Source: a virus (lineage: Duplodnaviria; Caudoviricetes). Taken from it: a stretch of DNA of 34,008 bases. The DNA is taken from positions 1-34,008 of the IMG/VR virus record IMGVR_UViG_3300027747_003958. One strand, 5' to 3'. This document shows positions 26,241 through 34,008 of this stretch, one piece after another (position 1 is the stretch's first letter; each line of letters begins with the position of its first letter). The position numbers and the translations under genes are program-made. The notes under the pieces are model-generated. The model was not told the DNA's origin and searched no databases. It saw only the letters and a list, made by a program, of their open reading frames with translations.

Positions 26241-28100
26241 TTATAGTTGTGCGATCTGTATCCAGAAAGTGCTTGTGCCGTCTTTGATGTATTGATACTC
26301 GGCCAGTGTTGTACTGTTGATCCAAAAATCTCCAATGTGAGATACCAAAGCAGATGGAGTTGATGTGCTCACAGTGACTCTGGGTGAATACAACAATTTG
26401 TTTTCATCAGGATTACCGTCTTGGCTATAAATGCTGCCTTGTACACCCATGCCTCCAGCCACAGTCACAGCACCGTTGGTAGTTGAAGTGGCAGCAGCAG
26501 TTGACCTTGCATTGATTGTGTTTGTGTCCAATCTTGACCCAACATAAACATTTTTGCCTACGCCAACACCTCCCACCACTCTCAACGCACCACTACTTGT
26601 GGATATGCTGTCCAAACTGCTATTGATTGTGGCTGTAGTGAACACTGCTGTTTGCGGCACAGTTTGACCAATTATCATGTTGTCAATGGTACCTATCACA
26701 TTCTTGGGATTGATTGTGACAGTGCCATCATCCACTGGCGCCAATACTATCAGTGCATTACTGCCGGTGGCGTTCAAATTGCTGCCCACAAACACGGATC
26801 CTTTGATACCTGCTCCGCCATAAACCTGCAATGCACCTGTATTATTAAATGAAGATGTGGCTTCGTTGTAGTAGCTGGGATCTCCCACAAAAACTGTGCT
26901 GCTCAGTGAAGTCTTGCCAACTCCGTCAAAGTAAAATATGCCACCAATGCCCACTTGATTGTCTTGGCCATCTCTTATAAGTTTGCTATTAATACTAACG
27001 TTGTTATTTCCAGTACGCATGTTTGAGCTGACTGCATAGCCCAAGAAAAAATTGAAACTGCCTGTGGTCAAATTGGGAGCAGCAGTATCGCCCAAGAAAA
27101 AATTGCGTTGACCATTGTAAAAAGACTTACCCGAGGCATTGCCAAATGCCACATTTGAATAGGTCACAATTGATCTACTGACAAAACCTGCAGTCACGGA
27201 GCCAGTTCCAAAACTACTTGAATCTATGGTCTTATTCACTCCTCGAATCAAACTGTAGATTGAATTTGTTGCTAAACTATAATCATCATTGGGAAACACA
27301 AATGTGTACAGAGTGAGAGTATTAGCACTAATCGCATCAACTAGGTAATTTTTTCCATTCAAATTGGTGCCCAAACTGCCAGTAACTCCGGAAATAATGA
27401 TTGAAGACCCCGTGGTTAATCCATGATTGATTACAGTCACTGTGGTAGTAGTGCCTGTGGTAATTTTGTTAATAGCTCCCACAAGCACAGTGCTTACTGT
27501 GCCAACTCTTTGCAAACTGCTGTCGCCAATGGCAATAGTGTTGGTGAGATTGGTTCCAGATGATAGGGCATATCTGCCAATGGCTATGGAATTTTGAGCT
27601 GATTGTAGGCCTAATAATGCACTCCAACCAATGGCGATACTGTTTTCGCCATCAAAATCCACGCTGTTGGTTTGTGTAGCGGCCACGCCAGTTAGAACTA
27701 TGTTGTTGGAACCTTTGTATCCTTGACCAATAGTGATTCCATTGACATTTATATCATCGCCGGTGTATAAGCCATTGGCTATGCCTATTCCGCCATTGAC
27801 TACCAGTACTCCAGTAGTTGGGCTCAAATTGACTTGAGAGCCTGAAATAATTACAGTGCTGGTTCCAGTGCCCACGATATTGATATTTTGATCTGGCACA
27901 TTACTGTAAATCGCTCCCTTATCAAATTGCAAATTACCCAAACTGGAAACATAAGTTACCAACGATCCGCTGGTGGCCACCAATGTGTACCCCGTACTGG
28001 TTGTGGGAGTTGGGCCAAGCTGATTCTGGGCTTGACTTAAATTGGTAAACCCAGATGGTGAACTGCTATTTTTTTGAGAGCCGCTGACTAATAATGGCAT
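26241..28100 (-). CDS. Mosaic fibre/adhesin protein (619 aa) with YadA-head-like repeats
   Basis: NSIAIG/NSIAIG/NTIAIG 14-16-residue repeats, an inserted NHGL.TG..I.ISGV.G...LNG..Y.V module, and TGAL.V.GG.G units. SD AGGA upstream. Confidence 0.7.
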   Translation of the reverse strand: MPLLVSGSQKNSSSPSGFTNLSQAQNQLGPTPTTSTGYTLVATSGSLVTYVSSLGNLQFDKGAIYSNVPDQNINIVGTGTSTVIISGSQVNLSPTTGVLVVNGGIGIANGLYTGDDINVNGITIGQGYKGSNNIVLTGVAATQTNSVDFDGENSIAIGWSALLGLQSAQNSIAIGRYALSSGTNLTNTIAIGDSSLQRVGTVSTVLVGAINKITTGTTTTVTVINHGLTTGSSIIISGVTGSLGTNLNGKNYLVDAISANTLTLYTFVFPNDDYSLATNSIYSLIRGVNKTIDSSSFGTGSVTAGFVSRSIVTYSNVAFGNASGKSFYNGQRNFFLGDTAAPNLTTGSFNFFLGYAVSSNMRTGNNNVSINSKLIRDGQDNQVGIGGIFYFDGVGKTSLSSTVFVGDPSYYNEATSSFNNTGALQVYGGAGIKGSVFVGSNLNATGSNALIVLAPVDDGTVTINPKNVIGTIDNMIIGQTVPQTAVFTTATINSSLDSISTSSGALRVVGGVGVGKNVYVGSRLDTNTINARSTAAATSTTNGAVTVAGGMGVQGSIYSQDGNPDENKLLYSPRVTVSTSTPSALVSHIGDFWINSTTLAEYQYIKDGTSTFWIQIAQL

Positions 28101-28114
28101 GTTATTATCCTAAT

Positions 28115-28498
28115 TTATGCATTAGCTGTTTCCAAAACACTCAGAGTCAGTTGCAGTACATTGTTAGCGTCTGCATGGGCCTGTATGCTATCCAAAGATT
28201 CCACAATCATTTTGCCGCTGAGCGGCGAAGCTGCATCATTAGCAGGAACTGCATAACTCATTACCAAGGTACTGGTTGTTCTAGCAGCTTGAGCTCCGTT
28301 ACCTTGCGCATCCGCTAATATTGGCCTATTTCTAAAATGGCTGAAACTCACATAGTGCGTTTGTGAACTGATATTGGCCACTTGTGCCATTAATATAATG
28401 GCAGTGGTGCCAATTGGCGCAGTGTATACTTTGGATGCAGTACCTGTGGTCAATACTGCTGTTTTTGTCTTAAACGTGTTTAATGGTAATTGTGCCAT
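28115..28498 (-). CDS. Small beta-rich virion protein (127 aa)
   Basis: MAQLPLNTFKT...VYTAP.GTTAIILMAQVAN...VPANDA...GKMIVE..D, a pattern I recognise from T4-like environmental phage fibre regions. SD AGGA upstream. Confidence 0.7.
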   Translation of the reverse strand: MAQLPLNTFKTKTAVLTTGTASKVYTAPIGTTAIILMAQVANISSQTHYVSFSHFRNRPILADAQGNGAQAARTTSTLVMSYAVPANDAASPLSGKMIVESLDSIQAHADANNVLQLTLSVLETANA

Positions 28499-28513
28499 TT
28501 GTAAAATCCTTTT

Positions 28514-31500
28514 TTAAGTTATCGCTAAAATAAACGGTGTCATATTAGCAAACAACGATTGAGTAAATGTTCTTCCTGAAATAACTCCTGTGGCCTGACT
28601 GATAACTAACCCAGGTCCAATTCTAAAATCTCCGTTTTGATCAGTGGAGGTAAAAAACACCTTACCACTATTTAACTGAAGTGTTTCCCTGCCCTGTACA
28701 GGATCGGCCTGTCCAAATTGTGGCAATGCTCCATAATTTGTGCCTGCACCCACATATTCAAACACATAGCCGCTGGCACTGATATAGCTTCTTTGATAAA
28801 AATTCACAATGGTACCATCAGGAAACAGTGTGGGATCATTGACTGCCTCGCCCAGTTCCACAATGTGATAGGTATCTTCTCTACTCCAATAGCTGAGTCC
28901 AGCATATATCATGTTGTAGTTGCCGCCAGTTTCCAAATCATAAATCAGCTGCTGCAGAGTCAACCCCACATCCCTAGCACATTTGTCTGCTTGATTACCA
29001 GTCATGGCATTGGGATTATATACCGATGGATAATTGATGGCAATGTACGCCAACACTTCAGCCTGTATAAATGCTCTATTAGCATTGATAATGGTCCACG
29101 ATCTTAGGTTGTCCACAGGGACAACACTGGAATTGGTAACAACATTTTGAGGTCTTAGATTGAGTCTACTGCCCACCTGCCCAGGGCCGTTACGAATTAT
29201 GTTGTTGAGCAATGATATACCGCTGCCAACTCTACTGGTGATAGTGTTTGTGTCTGACGGTAAAGCATTGCCCAAAATGGGTTTTACATCAGATTGCAAC
29301 GGCACATATTCAGTGTTTATTGTGCCACGTATCAAACTGCTGGTAATGGTGGACAAATAACTGAACGCTGCCACAGTGGCTGTTGATTCATTAGGTATAA
29401 CACTGTAATTGGCATCATTATTAAAATAATATATGCCTGATTTGGTGCTCTGTGAATTTCCACCTGTCAGCATGTCAAAGGTCACGGCATCAATCATCAA
29501 ACCAATATCTGTCGCACATCTTGTGGCAGTGAATGCACCCAAACTGCCAAGCACACTGGGGTAATTGTTGTAAGCAAAATTGACTACACTGTTTTGTATG
29601 GCAGTTTTATTGCTTTGTAATGAAACAGCATCTGCTATCAGTGAATCCGATGCAGTGATTGGTCCGCCATATACCACACTATTTGTGACATCTACGGGGC
29701 CGTTGATCAATATGTTTGTTATGATGTTGAACAGTTGTGCCACCCGAGATTTATTATCTCCACTAACATAATTGGTTGCTGTGGTGGCCAAATACTGAAC
29801 TGATGCAATGGTAGCTGTACTTTCTGCCACTAGAGCAGCTGTGGAAAACCCAGTATCATACTGTTGACTCCAATATTGCAATCCGCTAAAAGTCAAATCA
29901 CTGTAATTACCAACGCCGCCATTGAGATTGTAGTACAAAATATCTTCCGCGACAGCATCCACTATCAAACCCGTGTCCCTATAGCATTTGCCATCAGTGA
30001 ATACAGAGGCAAAATTGTTGTTGACATAGGCAATAATTTCGTTGGTCAAAAAGTCAATGTTGTTTTGTATCAGTGATATGGCACTGCCTGCTCCAGAGGG
30101 TACTGCACCAGACTTAATGATTGCTGAAGCAGGAACTACTGACAACGCTGAGTTTATGTTAGTGGCTGTGAGAATAGTGGTCAAATAGCCAAATTCCAAA
30201 GTCACAAAAGATGCTGCATTACTACCACCCACAAGTGTGGAGTTGACATATTGTTTGGAATAGTTGCCCACGCTGGGCATGATCATTTGGTTGCTGATAA
30301 TTTTGTTGGTCACAGAATTCAAATATTTCATGGCCGCTGCATGAGCAGCTATCTGATTCACTGTGGGACCTTGATAATTTGTATTTGAATTTGCAGATAG
30401 TATGTTTGAATTCAAAAGATATGGGTTGTTGGCCACGCTGCTAGTCAACACAGTAAAGTAGCTGTTTCCCGCAAAGTACAAGGTAAAATAGTTTGGGTTG
30501 TTGGGAAAAGCAGCACCGCTGAGCAACGGTTGGCTCAAAGTGATGCTGTTGAAATTCACATTGGACACCACAGTACCAGTGGCTGCATACCAAATTTTAT
30601 AATTTTGATTGATCACATACTGACTGGAACTGTTAGCCAAAGTAACTCCGTCTGCCTGAACATAGCTGCCAAATTCATCATGTAGGTAAGGGAAATTGTC
30701 ATAAGGGTAACCAAATTGATCCAAAACATACACTGTGTTGCCCACGTACACATTGGTTGTTGGGATGTTGATGAGATTTATGGATCCCGCAGTCAGTGTG
30801 CCAGTGCTGGGTTGGGAATTCAAAAATCCATACAAATACACTCCCAAATCTGCTAACTGTGGGGAGTTATAAGAATTCAAGAAGTCGTTTGGTGATACCA
30901 CTTCCATGACCAGACTTATATGAGGCCGATTGGCAGCATCTGGCACAAACACTTCAACATTGCCAGCTTTATCCGGCCAAAAACCATTGGGATAATATTG
31001 GTCCAAGCCGTCAATACCTGGACTGAATGGGTATGCTCTAAACGCTGGATTATATATGGTGCCGCTGAACGCACGTTTGCCATAACCATCAGCTACCAAA
31101 CAGATGTCTCCAAAGTTGGCATTGCTGTTTACAATACTGGCAATCCCTCCATGATCTACCTGTACACCAACACTGCTAAAAATAGTAAATACCGATACCA
31201 GCTGAGCGTAACCATTATTGGTAATTCTAACACCTCTGCCGCCTTGACTCAATTGTGTAAACGCATCATAAACAAACGACTGAATTGGGCTACGGTCGCT
31301 GATCACTGCGCCGTCAACCAAACTGCCACCCATGCCGCCAATTGGGTCTGTTTTTCTACTGTCCCAAGTGTTAGGACTGCCAGTTTGTTGTAGACTGAAA
31401 TCTTCTACCTCATTTTTTTGTAAGGGATAGACTAACGTATCACCAAAGTAAATTGTGGAATTGATGCCAAATCCTACAGTGGCCGTACTGAGCCCAATCA

Positions 31501-34006
31501 AATACTTTTTGGAAGTGTTGGTGTTAGAAATATCCTGTATGTAGGTCACTGTGGGCGCCAATTGTACATCAAGACCATTGATTCCAGTTAGGGCAAAAAT
31601 ACCACTTCCAACATAAATGGGAGGAGCAGCATAAGGACCTTGTTCAATAATTGTACTGATGATGCCAAAATTTCTATCAACTGCTTGCTGTGCCACATAG
31701 TTTTGACCGTTGTCAAAGAAAGGATTGATAATCTGTGTGGCCACTGTGCCTGTGATACTGGTCACTGTGGAGTTAGCTATGATTTTTTTGGCTATGTCGT
31801 TGATGTAGCTGATTGCTGCTGTGGTGGTGCTCACTTGCTTGGATACATAGTTGTAGCCTTGATTCCAATAGGCCAACCCAGCTTCAACACTTTTTTTGTT
31901 GCCGCCCAGCAGTATGTCCTGACTCACAGCATCCACCATCAAACCTGTGTCTCTGTAGCACAGATTTTGATCATATTTAAATGCTCCAGTATTGTATTGT
32001 TTGTCGATGGACTCCAACACTTCTGCTACCAAATAGTTTCTATTGGCCACAATTATGTTATATGAAATAACAGCATTTGACAGGGTAGAGGCATTCAAGT
32101 TTATGGGATTATAAATGTACCCTGTTGGACCTGCGCTCAAAATATTGGTAATAGTTGATATGGATTGACTGATTGATGTGGGTATTGTTGCTGGCAATGT
32201 AGATGTGGTTATTGGTTTGACAATTTTTTGTAGACTAGGTGCAGTTGATCCAGATAACAAGTTATTGATCAAAGAATTCAAACTGTTTAGTGCAAAAACT
32301 GTGGCTGCTGTTTGATATGGTATGTAGCTGCCAGTAGAGTTAGGATTGAAGTAAGAGAATCCCACTTGTATAGCCTGCCTATTGCCACCATGCAAAAGAT
32401 CAAAACTCACACTGTTAATGATATTGCTGATATTTTTAATAAATGTTGCAGTATTTGAAGGATTAAAATTCAACCCATTTGGAGATTTGGTATATGATAA
32501 AACTTCCTGTTGCATATAGTACTGGTTGGCTTGGAGCAGTGCATATGCATTTTGAGTTGATATCAAATTACTAGATGGGCCGTTGGCAATGACTAGATCT
32601 GACCACCCAGTGGTCACACCGCCCATTATAGTAGTGATAATATTGAATTCTCTGCCAATCACATTAGCATCAGAAATTGTGCCAGGTTGTATATTGGTGA
32701 TTTGAGTAGCTGTGGAATATCTAGATATGCCCAAAATAGCATCAGTTTGAGGAGTGATATTTCTTGCCACCTTGGCTGCTATAGTGCCCAAATACTTGAC
32801 GGCCAAAGTGGTTGTTGTAATTTCAGACGGAATATTTGTGGTGCTTTGGAAGTAGTATTGTATGCCTGCAAATGTGCTTTGACTAAATGTACTAGATGTA
32901 TACAGCAAGTCTGCAACAATGCTGTCAATCAATAACCCAGTGTCTCTAGCACATTTTACCTTGTTGTATGCTAAGTATCCATTTGGTTGAGGACGCACCA
33001 AATTGTAGTTGATGTAATTGACTGTTTGCTCTTGAATAAACTTTCTGTTGGCCTGTAGTAAAATTTCTGCACTGACATAGGCAGCATCAGGTCCTGTACT
33101 TTTGTATACTGGAGGTGCTACATTAGGTCCTTCAACAATTATATCTGTGATAATATTGAAACAGTTGTTAATAGATGTGGCTGCAATGTTACCACCAGTA
33201 AGCACAGTGTTGATAACTTGACTGGCTTGCGGTATCAACGGAACTGCTGGCAGCACAGGACAAGGGTAATTGGAAATCACTGCCTGTATAAGACCAGTCA
33301 AATAGCTAATGGCTGCTGTACATTGTTGTATAGTGCCTGCAATATAGCTTATTGTTCCATTCCAATAGGCCTTGCCTGATTCAACACTTTTTTCATTTCC
33401 TCCAAATGTAATATCATAGGCCACATTTTCAATCAAAATTCCACTGTCTCTATAAGATTTTTGAGGGTTATAATCAAATTTTCCCGTGTACATGGTAGTA
33501 TTGACGTAGGCCAACACTTCTGCCTGTATAAAGGATCGATTGGCATGCAACAGTGTCCATGCATTGATAATATTGGTGCTGGTGTTGGTGTCTAGATTTT
33601 GCGGAACTTGTGCAGGAGCCGATACTGCACCATCCACAATGATCTGTGTAATTTGATTGATCTTGTTTTGTAATATGTTGGATTCATTCAGGGTGGCACC
33701 AGCTACTGGGAACACTTGAGTCACCGCAGTTTGGTAGGTGCTTGGTACTGAATTGCCTGTGACAATATATCCTATCAGATTTTGAATGTAATCATAAGCT
33801 GCCACTGTTTGGGTCAATTCAGTTGACACTACAGAAGATGTTGTATATCCATAATAGTATGCACCAGATTTTATACTTTGTGCATTGCCTCCATTGACTA
33901 GATCAAAAGATAATGCATCAATAATATAGCCAACGTCTCGTCTGCAAGTAGAAGAATTAAATACCAATAATGGATATTTGGTTTGAATGAAAGATACTAC
34001 TTGATT
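28514..34006 (-). CDS. Very large virion structural protein, 5'-truncated (>=1830 aa), with tandem phycobiliprotein-like helical repeats and a beta-helix domain
   Basis: The frame stays open to the window end (NQVVSFIQTKYPLLVFNSSTCRRD...), so TTG at 33967 is not the real start. It has eight C-x-R-D-x-G...D-L-x-x-G-G-N repeats and a pectin-lyase-like segment DAFTQLSQGGRGVRITNNGYAQLVSVFTIF near 31080-31340. Confidence 0.8.
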   Translation of the reverse strand, partial: NQVVSFIQTKYPLLVFNSSTCRRDVGYIIDALSFDLVNGGNAQSIKSGAYYYGYTTSSVVSTELTQTVAAYDYIQNLIGYIVTGNSVPSTYQTAVTQVFPVAGATLNESNILQNKINQITQIIVDGAVSAPAQVPQNLDTNTSTNIINAWTLLHANRSFIQAEVLAYVNTTMYTGKFDYNPQKSYRDSGILIENVAYDITFGGNEKSVESGKAYWNGTISYIAGTIQQCTAAISYLTGLIQAVISNYPCPVLPAVPLIPQASQVINTVLTGGNIAATSINNCFNIITDIIVEGPNVAPPVYKSTGPDAAYVSAEILLQANRKFIQEQTVNYINYNLVRPQPNGYLAYNKVKCARDTGLLIDSIVADLLYTSSTFSQSTFAGIQYYFQSTTNIPSEITTTTLAVKYLGTIAAKVARNITPQTDAILGISRYSTATQITNIQPGTISDANVIGREFNIITTIMGGVTTGWSDLVIANGPSSNLISTQNAYALLQANQYYMQQEVLSYTKSPNGLNFNPSNTATFIKNISNIINSVSFDLLHGGNRQAIQVGFSYFNPNSTGSYIPYQTAATVFALNSLNSLINNLLSGSTAPSLQKIVKPITTSTLPATIPTSISQSISTITNILSAGPTGYIYNPINLNASTLSNAVISYNIIVANRNYLVAEVLESIDKQYNTGAFKYDQNLCYRDTGLMVDAVSQDILLGGNKKSVEAGLAYWNQGYNYVSKQVSTTTAAISYINDIAKKIIANSTVTSITGTVATQIINPFFDNGQNYVAQQAVDRNFGIISTIIEQGPYAAPPIYVGSGIFALTGINGLDVQLAPTVTYIQDISNTNTSKKYLIGLSTATVGFGINSTIYFGDTLVYPLQKNEVEDFSLQQTGSPNTWDSRKTDPIGGMGGSLVDGAVISDRSPIQSFVYDAFTQLSQGGRGVRITNNGYAQLVSVFTIFSSVGVQVDHGGIASIVNSNANFGDICLVADGYGKRAFSGTIYNPAFRAYPFSPGIDGLDQYYPNGFWPDKAGNVEVFVPDAANRPHISLVMEVVSPNDFLNSYNSPQLADLGVYLYGFLNSQPSTGTLTAGSINLINIPTTNVYVGNTVYVLDQFGYPYDNFPYLHDEFGSYVQADGVTLANSSSQYVINQNYKIWYAATGTVVSNVNFNSITLSQPLLSGAAFPNNPNYFTLYFAGNSYFTVLTSSVANNPYLLNSNILSANSNTNYQGPTVNQIAAHAAAMKYLNSVTNKIISNQMIMPSVGNYSKQYVNSTLVGGSNAASFVTLEFGYLTTILTATNINSALSVVPASAIIKSGAVPSGAGSAISLIQNNIDFLTNEIIAYVNNNFASVFTDGKCYRDTGLIVDAVAEDILYYNLNGGVGNYSDLTFSGLQYWSQQYDTGFSTAALVAESTATIASVQYLATTATNYVSGDNKSRVAQLFNIITNILINGPVDVTNSVVYGGPITASDSLIADAVSLQSNKTAIQNSVVNFAYNNYPSVLGSLGAFTATRCATDIGLMIDAVTFDMLTGGNSQSTKSGIYYFNNDANYSVIPNESTATVAAFSYLSTITSSLIRGTINTEYVPLQSDVKPILGNALPSDTNTITSRVGSGISLLNNIIRNGPGQVGSRLNLRPQNVVTNSSVVPVDNLRSWTIINANRAFIQAEVLAYIAINYPSVYNPNAMTGNQADKCARDVGLTLQQLIYDLETGGNYNMIYAGLSYWSREDTYHIVELGEAVNDPTLFPDGTIVNFYQRSYISASGYVFEYVGAGTNYGALPQFGQADPVQGRETLQLNSGKVFFTSTDQNGDFRIGPGLVISQATGVISGRTFTQSLFANMTPFILAIT

Positions 34007-34008
34007 TG

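Noticed and set aside
33965-33967. TTG start proposed by the ORF track for the 1817-aa protein
   Set aside because: The frame is open to the window edge and the upstream residues continue the repeat pattern, so the gene is truncated by the window.
28514-34006. Calling the host a cyanobacterium because of the phycobiliprotein-like repeats
   Set aside because: No photosynthesis or bilin-synthesis genes are in the window, so the host cannot be inferred from this sequence.
1-34008. Possible stop-codon reassignment, since none of the accepted genes ends in TAG
   Set aside because: Genes are full length under the standard code and tile the window with tiny gaps. None is broken by an in-frame TAG or TGA, so there is no positive evidence of recoding.

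Overview
This window is a continuous fragment of a large T4-related myophage genome (jumbo-phage-like), covering the virion morphogenesis region. No host genes, rRNA, tRNA, CRISPR array or IS element is apparent. From left to right it holds two candidate head-internal proteins, a probable terminase small subunit, a gp4-like head-completion nuclease, a small virion protein, a tail-tube-like protein, the tail tube and a 1014-aa tail sheath. These are followed by a degenerate HNH/Zn-finger gene, a dNMP kinase, two neck proteins, a tail-completion protein and a Nudix hydrolase. The last ~21.6 kb is a minus-strand run of fibre/adhesin-like genes. Several genes sit behind T4-type late promoter boxes (TAAATA), some apparently giving leaderless mRNAs, while the dNMP kinase has its own sigma70 promoter overlapped by a 16-bp palindrome. 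The most striking signal is the last, 5'-truncated gene. It carries at least 8 tandem ~155-180-aa helical repeats that align by eye with phycobiliprotein (phycocyanin) subunits, including the bilin-attachment C-x-R-D motif, so it may be a bilin-binding virion protein. All product calls rest on motif recognition by eye; no database searches were run.
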